Shown: positions 29,435 through 39,747, numbered from the stretch's first letter. The stretch: DNA of 64,000 nucleotides from Spirochaetia bacterium (GCA_963668315.1 OY764216.1:3232001-3296000), one strand, 5' to 3'. The notes: generated by a model from the letters alone, not told the origin. Made by a program: numbers and translations.

Positions 29435-30577
29435 ATGAATATGACTGAGAACCATGAAAGTGACATTACCGTTCTTGTGATTGATGATGAATCCATAATC
29501 CGGCAGGTCTTCACCTATTATCTGGAAGACAGGGAGTACAATGTGCTCTGCGCCGTCAACGGCAGGGAGGGTATGGAAGTTTTTGACAGGGAAATGCCTG
29601 ATATCGTTCTGACCGATTTGATGATGCCCGAGGCCAGCGGTCTGGAAGTTCTGAATCATATCACCAGGAAAAATCCTGAAATCCCCGTCGTTATTATCTC
29701 CGGTGCCAACAGCCTTGATGATGCCGTGCAGGCTTTGAGACTGGGGGCCTGGGATTATCTGATCAAGCCGGTACAGGATCTGAATCTCCTCGGCTATACC
29801 GTTGAGCAATGCCTGAGTAAAGCCCGCCTAATCAGGGAAAACCGTCACTACAGGGAACATCTTGAGGATCTGGTCAATGAAAGGACGGCACAGCTGGAAA
29901 GGAGAAACCGGCAGCTTGATCTTTCAAGGCGGCAGATCATCGGGATTCTTTCCCAGGCCGCGGAATATAAGGATTTTGAGACGGGGAACCATTTTCTCCG
30001 CGTATCGGAAACGGCGGCCTGCATAGCAAGAAGAATGGGGTGGGACGATGAGCAGGTCCTCAATCTTCAGCTGGCATCACCGGTGCACGATATCGGAATA
30101 ATAGGCATTCCCGACAGTATCCTCCTGAAACCAGGCCGCCTTGATGAGGATGAGTGGCGTATTATGAAGGACCACTGCTATTTCGGGAAAAATATTCTCG
30201 GTTCTGAGCAGTTTATCCGCGATATGGAAAAGGAAGGAGGGCTGGATATCGCCGAAGCAAGTTTCCGCCTGATTGAAACGGCCGCCAATATCGCCTTAAG
30301 TCATCACGAATACTGGAACGGAGAGGGGTATCCCATGGGGCTGAAGGGAAAAAACATCCCCATCGAAGCCCGAATTACCTCCGTGGCCGATGTATTTGAT
30401 GCCCTCAGCAGCAAGAGGCCCTATAAGGAACCCTGGCCGGAAGAGAAAACACTGGCCTATATCCGGGAAATGTCGGGAAAGCAGTTTGATCCCCAGGTGG
30501 TGGACAAGTTTTTCGAAGGGCTGGAAGAGGTCAGGTCTATACAGAAGAAATACAGGGAAAACAGTGAGAATCCTTAG
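29435..30577 (+). CDS. Response regulator with HD-GYP phosphodiesterase domain
   Basis: REC domain (IDDE, TDLMMP, KP); HDIG, HHEYWNGEGYP and ADVFDAL motifs. Confidence 0.9.
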   Translation: MNMTENHESDITVLVIDDESIIRQVFTYYLEDREYNVLCAVNGREGMEVFDREMPDIVLTDLMMPEASGLEVLNHITRKNPEIPVVIISGANSLDDAVQALRLGAWDYLIKPVQDLNLLGYTVEQCLSKARLIRENRHYREHLEDLVNERTAQLERRNRQLDLSRRQIIGILSQAAEYKDFETGNHFLRVSETAACIARRMGWDDEQVLNLQLASPVHDIGIIGIPDSILLKPGRLDEDEWRIMKDHCYFGKNILGSEQFIRDMEKEGGLDIAEASFRLIETAANIALSHHEYWNGEGYPMGLKGKNIPIEARITSVADVFDALSSKRPYKEPWPEEKTLAYIREMSGKQFDPQVVDKFFEGLEEVRSIQKKYRENSENP

Positions 30578-30658
30578 GATAGTTCCCAATATCCGGTTTT
30601 TTACGCCAGCTCCGTCAGGGGAAAAAGGTGTTTAAGGGGAAGAGGACGTTTATTATTG

Positions 30659-30675
30659 TTGGTATGATTATTGCT
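30659..30675 (+). promoter_or_regulatory. Putative sigma54 (-24/-12) promoter
   Basis: TTGGTATGATTATTGCT (GG-N10-GC). Confidence 0.5.
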
Positions 30676-30803
30676 TATTCCCATGCATGACTTATGGGAA
30701 GAAAGTAGTGGGAATAATCTCGGCCGTTTTTATTCAGCAAGTACTGATTATTATGCTCTTCAGGCAGCTGGAGAAAATCCTCTGTTTTCCCTGGGCTTTA
30801 TAG

Positions 30804-31877
30804 TTACTGCATACTCATATTTATCGACTTGAACTTCTCGTTAATTTTCAGAAAGAGATCGACTATCTCCGGATCAAAGGCATGACCCCTCTCTGATTTT
30901 ATAATTTTGCATGCCGATTCATGATCCAGGGCTTTTTTGTAGGGGCGGTTGTTTGTTATGGCGTCATAGGTGTCGCAGAGAGCAACGATCCTCCCGGAAA
31001 GGGGAATCTCTTTTCCTGAAAGCTGATTCGGATAGCCCTTGCCGTTCCATTTCTCGTGGTGGGTCAGGGCTATTTCCCTGCCCATGGAGAGAAAATCCTT
31101 CTTGCCCTTATACTTTTCCAGGGCTTTACCGGCGATATAAGTATGCTGCTTCATCGCATCCATTTCAAGCTCGGTGAGGTGGTCGGGCTTAAGCAGAATG
31201 GAATCGGAAATGCCTACCTTCCCTATATCATGGAGAACGGCCGACACGGCCATATCTTCCACATAGTTATGGGTTATCCATGAATCCCGGTCCCCATAGG
31301 TCACCAGGTATTCCGTCGCCAGGGCCAGTGTAAAGGCTTCCACACGCTCCAGATGCTTGCCCGTGGCATTGTCACGCAATTCGACGAGGGAGGCCAGATG
31401 GTAGATGGTTTCCTTATTGTCCAGCTTGATGTCTTCAATAAGATCCAGCAGGGACGTGATAAAAAGTTCTCTGTTGTGGAGAGCCGTCAGAATATCCGTT
31501 TTATCTTTTACAATAACGATGAAGTCCTGTTTACCGGAAATAATGAAGGGAACCAGCTTTATCTCCAGAAAAAACATATCAGCGAGATCTTCCCGGCTGA
31601 ACATGAGATCCTTGATAAAGACTCTGTGCTCCTGATGCAAAAGGTCTAATTTATCTTTACCGAGCAGTACTTCCTCAGGAATATAGGAGAAGAGGGACTC
31701 TCCCTTGATCTCTCTAGCCGATATTTTGAGAATCTGCTTGAATGAAGGATTCCAGGAATGGAAATTCCCCTCCACGTCGATTTCGGCAATTCCGTTCGTG
31801 CTTGACTCAATAATAGCTTCAAGCTTTCCATTAAGAGCACAAAGATTTTCCAGTATGTCTAACAGGTTATTTTCCAT
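30804..31877 (-). CDS. PAS + HD-GYP phosphodiesterase
   Basis: HDIGKVG and HHEKWNGKGYP motifs. Start placed at ATG 31877 because TTGTCA-17-TACAAT (31922-31894) puts +1 near 31887. Confidence 0.88.
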   Translation of the reverse strand: MENNLLDILENLCALNGKLEAIIESSTNGIAEIDVEGNFHSWNPSFKQILKISAREIKGESLFSYIPEEVLLGKDKLDLLHQEHRVFIKDLMFSREDLADMFFLEIKLVPFIISGKQDFIVIVKDKTDILTALHNRELFITSLLDLIEDIKLDNKETIYHLASLVELRDNATGKHLERVEAFTLALATEYLVTYGDRDSWITHNYVEDMAVSAVLHDIGKVGISDSILLKPDHLTELEMDAMKQHTYIAGKALEKYKGKKDFLSMGREIALTHHEKWNGKGYPNQLSGKEIPLSGRIVALCDTYDAITNNRPYKKALDHESACKIIKSERGHAFDPEIVDLFLKINEKFKSINMSMQ

Positions 31878-32096
31878 AAATCTTCCCATTTAAATTGTAA
31901 TCAATCCGGTAAAAATTGACAAACATAAAAAAAAAAATCCACCCAGGATCGCTTGGAAATAACAAATCATACATAAAATTGACATGGAGTAAAAGGTCTA
32001 ATGAGGTTTTTAGAGATGTAATAAACATAAAAAACGGGCTATAATGAATTATCGGGTAAACGTTTACCCAAGACCGGATCGATTGGGGAGATTTTT

Positions 32097-32819
32097 TTGA
32101 ATAGAATTGCTGTTATTTCGGATATTCACGGTAACATTCCGGCCTTGAATGCGGTTCTTGATGATATCGATGGCAGGGGTATTGAAAGCATTATCTGTCT
32201 GGGGGATCTGGCGGGCAAGGGACCCTCGTCTTCCCTGGCCGTTGATATAATCAGAGAACGGTGTAAATATGTAATCAAGGGTAACTGGGACTTCTTCCTT
32301 TCGGAGAAGGAATCGGATATGCTTAAATGGCATCAGACGCAACTGGGAGAAGAGCGGCTTGAGTATCTGAAAGAGCTGCCCGTGTATCATGAATTTTTCA
32401 TGAGCGGCAGATTAGTCCGCCTATGCCATGCCTCGCCGAACGATCTTTTCCACAGGACCTATATTCGAACCGACTGGGGGGAGCGGCTCAGGCTGTTTGA
32501 ACCGACGGGAACATCGGATCGGGTGGCCGATGTCATAGGCTACGGCGATATTCACGGAGCCTATATTGAAAATTTTGAAGGGAAAATGATCTTTAATGCG
32601 GGCAGTGTGGGAAATCCGCTGGATATCACCCAGTCATCCTATGCCATCATGGAAGGGGTTTGCGACGGTAAAGAGAGTGCTTCCCTGTCCGTATCCCTTG
32701 TCCGAATCCCCTATGACATAGAAGAAGCCGTAAGACATGCTTTCCAATCGGATATGCCCGAAAGGGAAGAGTACATAAAAGAGCTTCAGACGGGAATATA
32801 CCGCGGCCGACGGGTGTAG
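32097..32819 (+). CDS. Calcineurin-like metallophosphoesterase
   Basis: SDIHGN, LGD, GNWD, HASP and NAGSVG motifs. Confidence 0.88.
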   Translation: MNRIAVISDIHGNIPALNAVLDDIDGRGIESIICLGDLAGKGPSSSLAVDIIRERCKYVIKGNWDFFLSEKESDMLKWHQTQLGEERLEYLKELPVYHEFFMSGRLVRLCHASPNDLFHRTYIRTDWGERLRLFEPTGTSDRVADVIGYGDIHGAYIENFEGKMIFNAGSVGNPLDITQSSYAIMEGVCDGKESASLSVSLVRIPYDIEEAVRHAFQSDMPEREEYIKELQTGIYRGRRV

Positions 32820-32825
32820 AAAAGC

Positions 32826-33143
32826 CTAGCCGCACATGCTGCAGCTGGAGCATTTTGCGGGTGAGCAGGATGATTCTTCTTCCTCTTCTTCCAGATTCCC
32901 GTCATCCATGAGCATGTGCCACCACATACGAAGCTCATCAAGCATATCGGCCTGGCTTTCATGGGGCGATTCCGTTTTTAAGTGATGAATGGATTCATCA
33001 AAATCGGCAAACCGGAAATGGTATCCCATCTCCCGAATCGCGCCCATTATTTCCGAAGATGTATCGTACTTATACAGGGATTTTCTGATCTCCTGGTTTT
33101 TTACAATTTCCTTGATAAAATCAATTGCCTCTTGCTGTGCCAT
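32826..33143 (-). CDS. Nif11-like domain protein with acidic linker and Cys-rich tail
   Basis: A-x2-F...GYHF-x3-DF pattern of Nif11 leaders; tail CSPAKCSSCSMCG; GGAAGGAG SD. Confidence 0.65.
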   Translation of the reverse strand: MAQQEAIDFIKEIVKNQEIRKSLYKYDTSSEIMGAIREMGYHFRFADFDESIHHLKTESPHESQADMLDELRMWWHMLMDDGNLEEEEEESSCSPAKCSSCSMCG

Positions 33144-33166
33144 GTGAATCTCCTTCCTTATCTTGA

Positions 33167-33183
33167 AGCAAAAATAATGCCAA
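33167..33183 (-). promoter_or_regulatory. Sigma54 (-24/-12) promoter of the Nif11-like gene
   Basis: Minus strand TTGGCATTATTTTTGCT, near-consensus, about 24 nt before the ATG. Confidence 0.7.
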
Positions 33184-33375
33184 TATGCGGAATATTTACT
33201 AAGTGTTTATTGAAAAGAGAAATAGGAGAAAAAATAAAGGGCAGGATTCGCTTGGTTTTACACAAAAAAGTAGAAACGTAAATCCGGTATTACGAAAAAG
33301 TGAAATCCACTTTATCCCCGAACTGCTGGCAATTCCTCCTGTCCTCCCTTAAAATTTAAGTAGAGAGGTGCAGCT

Positions 33376-34200
33376 ATGGCTCTTAAGCTGATAGTCACTG
33401 TCAAACAGGTACCCGATACCGCCGATATAACCGGGCAGGCCATGAAAGAAGACGGTACGGTCAACCGGGAAGCCCTGCCGGCGATTCTCAATCCCGAAGA
33501 TCTTAATGCCCTGGAAGAGGCCTTGAAACTGAAAGAGCTCCACGGAGGGGAAATTACCGTCCTGTCCATGGGGCCCCCTTCCGCCTCGGAAGCTTTGAAG
33601 GAGTGTCTGAGCCGGGGAGCGGACCGGGCCGTATTGCTTTCGGACAGAAAATTTGCCGGAGGCGATACCCTCGCCACGTCACTGACCCTGGCCCTGGCCA
33701 TAGGACGGCTGGGAGACTGGGACATCATTTTCTGCGGCCGTCAGGCTATCGACGGCGACACAGCTCAGGTCGGCCCCCAGCTGGCCGAAAAACTGGGCCT
33801 CAACCAGGTTACCTATGTCTCGGAAGTAACGAAATGGGATCCCTCGGAAAAAAGGCTGTATCTGGAGCGTACAACGGAGTACGGAATCGAAAAAATGCGC
33901 GTCCCTCTGCCCCTGCTTATCACCGTTACGGCTGCGGCCAATACCCCCCGTCCCCCCCATGCAAAACTGGTCCTGGCCCTGAAGGAGAGGGAGTTCTCCC
34001 CCCGGGATAAGGAGATGCGCCTCTGGACCTATGAAGATATCGCCGAAGGGGAAACTCTGGGTATGGCCGGTTCTCCCACCATGGTAAAGGCAATCGAAAA
34101 TGTCGTTCTGACGGTGGGGAAATCGAGGATGATTGAACCGTCGGAAGCTTCTGTCAGGGGTCTGGTTGACGAGTTAAGGGAAGACCATATTATAGGGTAG
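33376..34200 (+). CDS. etfB: Electron transfer flavoprotein beta subunit
   Basis: VKQVPDT, NPEDLNALE and GRQAIDGDTAQVGP motifs. Confidence 0.93.
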   Translation: MALKLIVTVKQVPDTADITGQAMKEDGTVNREALPAILNPEDLNALEEALKLKELHGGEITVLSMGPPSASEALKECLSRGADRAVLLSDRKFAGGDTLATSLTLALAIGRLGDWDIIFCGRQAIDGDTAQVGPQLAEKLGLNQVTYVSEVTKWDPSEKRLYLERTTEYGIEKMRVPLPLLITVTAAANTPRPPHAKLVLALKEREFSPRDKEMRLWTYEDIAEGETLGMAGSPTMVKAIENVVLTVGKSRMIEPSEASVRGLVDELREDHIIG

Positions 34201-34204
34201 TGTA

Positions 34205-35227
34205 ATGAAAGCAGGTATTCTGGTATTTCTGGAACATAACAGCGGCCGTTTTTCTTCTTCCGTAAGGGAGCTGCTCAGTGAAGCGTCACGCCTGGCACGG
34301 CGTCTGGACGTGCCTGTCTCGGCGGCATGCATCGGGTACGGAATCGGGGAATCCCTGGAAAATCTGGGACAGTGGGGCTGCGATCAGGTTTTTGCCGTCG
34401 AAGATGAGCGTCTTGCCTTTTATACTCCCTTGCCCTTCGTCAGGGCTATGATCCACCTCATCGGCAAATACGATCCCGTGATTGTTCTTTACGGGGCCTC
34501 CTCCATGGGGCGCTCTCTGGCTCCCCGGATCGCATCCGCCCTCAGGGTGGGGCTGACGGCGGACTGCACCGCCCTGGCTATCGGAGACTATACATCCAAA
34601 GGCAGCACCTATGGGAATATTCTTATGCAGATAAGACCGGCCTTCGGCGGAAATATCATGGCGACCATCGTGACGCCCCGCAGCAAGCCCAGCATGGCGA
34701 CGGTCAGGCCGGGGGTTATGAAGGTCTGTGAACCGCTCGCGGGGAAGAAAGCCGCAGTCATAAGGGAAAGGGTGGAGTTTCGGGGGGAAGATTTTGTGAC
34801 GGAGATTCTGGAATTCATTAAAAGGGAAAAGGAGGTTAACCTGGAAGAGGCCCATGTCATCGTTTCCGCCGGCATGGGGGCGGGAAATCCTGAGTCCCTT
34901 GCCCTTGTAAAAGAGCTCTGCCGTGTCCTGGGGGGCGCCCTGGGGGCAAGCCGCGCCATAGTGGACGGGGGATTTCTCTCCAAGGATCATCAGGTAGGCC
35001 AGACGGGGACAACGGTAAGGCCCAATCTTTACGTGGCCTGCGGAATATCGGGACAGATACAGCATCGGGCGGGAATGATGGAGTCAAAACGCATTGTAGC
35101 CATCAACACGGATCCGGAGGCTCCTATCTTTAAAATCGCCCATTACGGTATCGTGGGTGATCTGAATAAGATCATCCCCATGCTGATTCGGGCCTATCAG
35201 GAACAGGCAAGGGGGAGGGCGGAATGA
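34205..35227 (+). CDS. etfA: Electron transfer flavoprotein alpha subunit
   Basis: GLTADCT, RPAFGG, QVGQTG and GISGQIQH motifs. Confidence 0.93.
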   Translation: MKAGILVFLEHNSGRFSSSVRELLSEASRLARRLDVPVSAACIGYGIGESLENLGQWGCDQVFAVEDERLAFYTPLPFVRAMIHLIGKYDPVIVLYGASSMGRSLAPRIASALRVGLTADCTALAIGDYTSKGSTYGNILMQIRPAFGGNIMATIVTPRSKPSMATVRPGVMKVCEPLAGKKAAVIRERVEFRGEDFVTEILEFIKREKEVNLEEAHVIVSAGMGAGNPESLALVKELCRVLGGALGASRAIVDGGFLSKDHQVGQTGTTVRPNLYVACGISGQIQHRAGMMESKRIVAINTDPEAPIFKIAHYGIVGDLNKIIPMLIRAYQEQARGRAE

Positions 35228-36933
35228 CCAATTTCTATCTGGACAACGGGGATATCCTTTTTCATTTACTGACGGTGGATCTGCCCGCTGTGGTTGAGTT
35301 GAAGGAGGAAGCATTTAAAGACAGGGGGCAGTACCCCGAAGCTCCCCGGAATTTCGAGGATGCCCTGGATGACTATAAAAAAGTACTGACTCTTATCGGA
35401 AAGATAGCCGGTGAGGAGATTGCCCCCCGGGCGGAAGAGGTGGATAAAACCGGTCCCGTCTGCCGGGACGGGCGGGTCGACCTGGCCGGTGAAACCCGCG
35501 AAATGCTCAAGGATTTGAAGCAGGCCGATCTTATGGGATTTACTCTGCCCCGCTCCTTCGGCGGGTTGAATTTCCCCAAGACCATCTACTGCGCGGCCAT
35601 CGAGATTGTCTCCCGGGCGGATGCATCCCTGATGACACTGTTCGGCCTCCAGGAAATCTCCGAGACTATTTACCGGTTCGGAACTCCCGAGCAGAGGGAG
35701 AAGTACCTTTCCCATTTCGCGTCGGGAGAGTATTCCGGGGCCATGGCTCTTACCGAGCCCGATGCGGGGTCCGATCTGTCGGCCGCCCGGCTGACAGCTG
35801 AGGAGATAGACGGACGATGGTATCTGAGCGGGGTGAAGCATTTCATAACCAACGGCTGCGCCGATATTATTCTGGTCATGGCCCGCAGCGAGCCGGATAT
35901 CCCCGATGCCCGGGGGCTCTCCCTCTTCATTTATGAGAAGGAGAAACACCTGAAAATACGGAGAATCGAGAGCAAAGTGGGTATCCACGGATCTCCCACC
36001 TGTGAGCTGCAGTTTGACAAAGCGCCGGCCTATCTGCTGGGACAGAGGAAACGGGGCCTGATAAAATATACCTTTTCCCTTATGAACGGCGCCCGTCTGG
36101 CCGTTTCCGCCCAGGCAGTGGGAATTATGGAGGCCGCCTATCATGAGGCGCGCCATTATGCCTCCCAGAGAATGCAGTTCGGCAGGGAAATCGAGAACTT
36201 CCCTCCCATCTACGAAATGCTTACCCGCATGAGAACCATCATCGAAGCCTCCCGGACGCTGCTGTACGAAACGGCCGTGATGGTGGATAAAAAGGAGGGG
36301 ATGGAAGAACTTATGGAAAAGGACCCTTCAAGGAAGAAGGATCTCAGGACGGATCTCAAAAAAATGGACCGCTATGTGCAGCTTTTTACTCCTCTGCTCA
36401 AATGCTTTGTCACCGAATGGGGCAATCGCCTCTGCTACGATGCCCTGCAGATTCACGGGGGAGCCGGATATACCACGGACTTTCCCATTGAAAGAATCAC
36501 CCGGGATATGCGCATCACCAGTATCTATGAGGGAACGACCCAGATGCAGGTGCTGGCGGCCATAGGCAGTATTATGAAAGGTACGCCCCTGGAGTGGATA
36601 GAGGATCTCCTGGCGGATCATGATAGTCCGGCCCCATCGGATTTGACGGAACGGGCGGGGGAGTATCTGGAGATTATGAAATCATCCATCCGGATTGTCG
36701 CCGAGAAGGCCGATGAAGAGTTCAGGGATTATCATGCCCGGAGAATCGTGGATATGACCGCCGATACGATTCTCAGTTTCCTTTTGATAAAACAGGGAGA
36801 AAAGGACGGGAGGAAGAAACTACTCGCCCGGCAGTTCATGGACGATGGGGAAGGCAGAATCCTGGCCGCTTACCGCAAGATATCCCGTGAGGAGGACGTG
36901 GTTCTTTCTGACCGCCCTTCGATCATCGGGTAA
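35224..36933 (+). CDS. Acyl-CoA dehydrogenase (long form)
   Basis: MALTEPDAGSD, FITNG, QIHGG and IYEGT motifs. Confidence 0.92.
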   Translation: MTNFYLDNGDILFHLLTVDLPAVVELKEEAFKDRGQYPEAPRNFEDALDDYKKVLTLIGKIAGEEIAPRAEEVDKTGPVCRDGRVDLAGETREMLKDLKQADLMGFTLPRSFGGLNFPKTIYCAAIEIVSRADASLMTLFGLQEISETIYRFGTPEQREKYLSHFASGEYSGAMALTEPDAGSDLSAARLTAEEIDGRWYLSGVKHFITNGCADIILVMARSEPDIPDARGLSLFIYEKEKHLKIRRIESKVGIHGSPTCELQFDKAPAYLLGQRKRGLIKYTFSLMNGARLAVSAQAVGIMEAAYHEARHYASQRMQFGREIENFPPIYEMLTRMRTIIEASRTLLYETAVMVDKKEGMEELMEKDPSRKKDLRTDLKKMDRYVQLFTPLLKCFVTEWGNRLCYDALQIHGGAGYTTDFPIERITRDMRITSIYEGTTQMQVLAAIGSIMKGTPLEWIEDLLADHDSPAPSDLTERAGEYLEIMKSSIRIVAEKADEEFRDYHARRIVDMTADTILSFLLIKQGEKDGRKKLLARQFMDDGEGRILAAYRKISREEDVVLSDRPSIIG

Positions 36934-38242
36934 AAAGAAAGGATACGCCCAATCCGCCACCGGCGCATCCGCAGGCGAGAGCCTTGAGCCGCGACTTATC
37001 TTCGTCGAAGGCGGATAGAATATTGCAGACCAGCCGTATATTGGTAGCCCCCAGGGGATGGGTATAAGCCAGGGAACCGCCGTAGATATTGGTTTTATCC
37101 TGATCCCAGGTGTATCCCAGATTCTCCCGGCTCTCCTTGTAAACCGAGAGCGCCTGGGAGGCAAAGGCCTCGTGAATTTCCCATATATCAATCTCTCCCG
37201 CGCTTTCCGCCAGGGGAGGAGGTGATAGTATCCTCGCCGTGGAATAGGCCGGCGCGATGCCCATGATGACCGGATCCACTCCCGCTTTGGCCCAGTCGGC
37301 TATTCGCAGGCGGATGGGAAGAGCCAGCTCGCAGGCTCTTTTTTCCGTGGTAAGAATCATGGCTCCCGCTCCGTCGCCGGGAATGGAGGAGGTATACATG
37401 GTCACGGTCGGCTCAATATTTGTAATTCCCAGACGGTTCATCTGTTCCTTATGTTTTTCCAGGAGTTTCGATGCCGGCAGAAAAGGGGAATCCTCGGCAA
37501 AAACCAGATCGGCCCGGCTGAAGGAATCATCCCGCCGGAGCATCCTTTTTCTGTTCAGGGGATAACTGTCGGACGGGAGGCCATCCAGGGGAAGAATATA
37601 GGTGTCCAGAATCCCCGATTCCACAGCCTTGACGGCCCGTTCGAGATTCCGCCGGGTATACTCCTCCTGCTCTTCCCTGCCGATTTGGTAGCGGTTGGCC
37701 ATAATCTCCCCGATTTCGATCATGGAAAGATCGTTATTGGTATCGGTCAGGGCTTCCGTCAGGCAATGGATGAAATCGTTCTCGCCGATAAAGCCTTCCG
37801 GATCTTCTTTTAGGGCACGGGCGATCTCTTCCCCGGATTCAAAACCGGCACCGCGGGATTCCAGGCGGTAGCCGTACCGGCTCATCATTTCCACGCCCCC
37901 GATGAGAAAGAGATCACCGTGGCCCTGAAGTATCTCTCCCATCGCCGCCGATAGGGACATGAAGGAAGAGTTGCAGTTGGCCTGGAGGGTATAGTCGATG
38001 GACGCCGGGGGAATGCCTGCCTTCTGGGAGGCCATACGGGAGATATTGGTCCAGCGCGAATCCTGCAGGACCGTTCCTGTTATCACACCGCTGACCCGTT
38101 CGGGACTGAGCTGATTTCTTTTGAGCAGTTCCCTGAACAGGGGAGAAAGGAGGTCATCGGCGGCGATATCCTTCAGTTTATTTCCCTGGCAGAACGGCGT
38201 CCTGAGGGCGTCGACGATAACAAAGCTATTTTCGTTTTTCAT
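36923..38242 (-). CDS. Thiolase family protein (HEAF type)
   Basis: RTPF, NCNSS, HEAF, THPLGAT and CAGGG motifs. Confidence 0.85.
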   Translation of the reverse strand: MKNENSFVIVDALRTPFCQGNKLKDIAADDLLSPLFRELLKRNQLSPERVSGVITGTVLQDSRWTNISRMASQKAGIPPASIDYTLQANCNSSFMSLSAAMGEILQGHGDLFLIGGVEMMSRYGYRLESRGAGFESGEEIARALKEDPEGFIGENDFIHCLTEALTDTNNDLSMIEIGEIMANRYQIGREEQEEYTRRNLERAVKAVESGILDTYILPLDGLPSDSYPLNRKRMLRRDDSFSRADLVFAEDSPFLPASKLLEKHKEQMNRLGITNIEPTVTMYTSSIPGDGAGAMILTTEKRACELALPIRLRIADWAKAGVDPVIMGIAPAYSTARILSPPPLAESAGEIDIWEIHEAFASQALSVYKESRENLGYTWDQDKTNIYGGSLAYTHPLGATNIRLVCNILSAFDEDKSRLKALACGCAGGGLGVSFLFTR

Positions 38243-38251
38243 AGGTTTCTC

Positions 38252-39481
38252 CTAAGAACATCTCTCCACGGCCAGGGCGATTCCGTTCCCCCCTCCCATG
38301 CAGATAGCCACGAGCCCCAGGGAGAGATCTTCCCTTTCCAGCCTGTGGAGAAGGGTCGTGATAAGCCTAGTCCCGGCTGCCCCTATGGGATGTCCGAGGG
38401 AGAGGCAGTCCCCCTGGATATTCACTTTTTTCATATCCGCTTTCAGGTCTTCTTCATAGAAGAGCATCTGCGAGCCGAAGGCGGGATTCAGTTCCAGGAC
38501 ATCAAAATCGTCGAGGACCATCCGGGTTTTTTCAAGGAGTTTCCGAACGGCGAGGACTGGGGCCAGAAGGAAATCCTCTTCCCGAACCCCCACCCGGGCG
38601 TAATCGAGTATTCGGGCCATAGGGGGGAGATCCCTTTTCGCCGCCTCTTCATAGGAGGAGAGCAGCACGAAGGCGGCGCCGTTAGCCAGGGGGGGGGAAT
38701 TATGGGCCGACAGATAGATTCCCCCGGGGGAGAATCCCGTTCCCCGCCTCCTTTTCAGTTTTTCCAGGCTGACATGATGGGGGAGTTCATCCTGACGGGC
38801 CCAGCCGTCGGAAAGGACCAGTTCCTTATCGAAAAGGCCCTCCTCACGGGCGGCGAGAGCCCTTTCATGACTCTCCCGGGCAAAACTGTCTATTCTTGCC
38901 TTTGTCTCATCGGGATTGAGCCCTCTCTCCCGGACCCATCTGGCCGTTGTCTCTTCGCCGTGGACGATGGTATGGGTGTCATGGATGGCGCACCAGAGAG
39001 AGTCGTATAACGCCGACTGCCTGAGTTTGGGTTCCGCCTCTCCCAGGGGCATCTCCTGCATGCCGATGATCTCCTCCCGGGAAAGGAGGTAGGGGGCCGC
39101 TGAGGGTGCTTCGATTCCCCCCGCTGCGACAAGGGAATAGCATTCGGTCAGAATGGACTGGCGGGCCAGAAGAACCGCCTCCAGACTGGAACCGCAGAGC
39201 TGATTGATGATAAAGGCCGAGGAGGGAGGCGGCAGACCGAGGGAATGGAAAACCTGTCTCGGAAGACTCTGTCCCGTACCAGCCCCGAGGGCCTGGCCGA
39301 TTATTATCTGCTCAAGGGGGCAGTCCTCTAGGGAGAGAGAAGGGAGGGAACTGATGAGGCCCTTCAGGACGGGAGCTCCCAGCTGAACTGGTTTCAATGA
39401 CGCCAGGGAGCCCGAGAGGCTTCCCAGAGGGGAACGCTTTGCTCCCAGAAAAACCACATCGGAGGAACGGTACCGGGACAT
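38252..39481 (-). CDS. Thiolase family protein (NPAF variant)
   Basis: NQLCGSS, LNPAF, GHPIGAAG and CMGGG motifs. Confidence 0.85.
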   Translation of the reverse strand: MSRYRSSDVVFLGAKRSPLGSLSGSLASLKPVQLGAPVLKGLISSLPSLSLEDCPLEQIIIGQALGAGTGQSLPRQVFHSLGLPPPSSAFIINQLCGSSLEAVLLARQSILTECYSLVAAGGIEAPSAAPYLLSREEIIGMQEMPLGEAEPKLRQSALYDSLWCAIHDTHTIVHGEETTARWVRERGLNPDETKARIDSFARESHERALAAREEGLFDKELVLSDGWARQDELPHHVSLEKLKRRRGTGFSPGGIYLSAHNSPPLANGAAFVLLSSYEEAAKRDLPPMARILDYARVGVREEDFLLAPVLAVRKLLEKTRMVLDDFDVLELNPAFGSQMLFYEEDLKADMKKVNIQGDCLSLGHPIGAAGTRLITTLLHRLEREDLSLGLVAICMGGGNGIALAVERCS

Positions 39482-39489
39482 GGAAGTTT

Positions 39490-39735
39490 CTAGCCGTTCT
39501 TAATGATGTAATCTATCGCATCCTGGGCGCTTAGAATCTTGACCGCTTCATCGATGGGAATCTTTATTCCGTAGCGATCCTCCATTTCCATAATCAGTTC
39601 CGATGCTTCAATGGAACTGATCCCGTATTCCAGGCGTAGTTTTTTGTTCAGATCGAGTTCGTCCGGATCAAGACCCACATAGTCTGCAGCCACCTCTCTG
39701 ATGTCATCGGTCACTTCATTTACATCTAAAGCCAT
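39490..39735 (-). CDS. Acyl carrier protein
   Basis: 81-aa acidic protein with YGISSIEASELIMEMEDRYGIKIP (ACP helix II; putative Ppant Ser in an S-S-I context); AAGGAGG SD. Confidence 0.8.
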   Translation of the reverse strand: MALDVNEVTDDIREVAADYVGLDPDELDLNKKLRLEYGISSIEASELIMEMEDRYGIKIPIDEAVKILSAQDAIDYIIKNG

Positions 39736-39747
39736 GATTTCCTCCTT

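Noticed and set aside
33184..33375. NifA upstream activator site for the Nif11-like gene
   Set aside because: No TGT-N10-ACA was found; only a weak CGTAA-N8-TTACG palindrome (33277-33294) of unknown meaning
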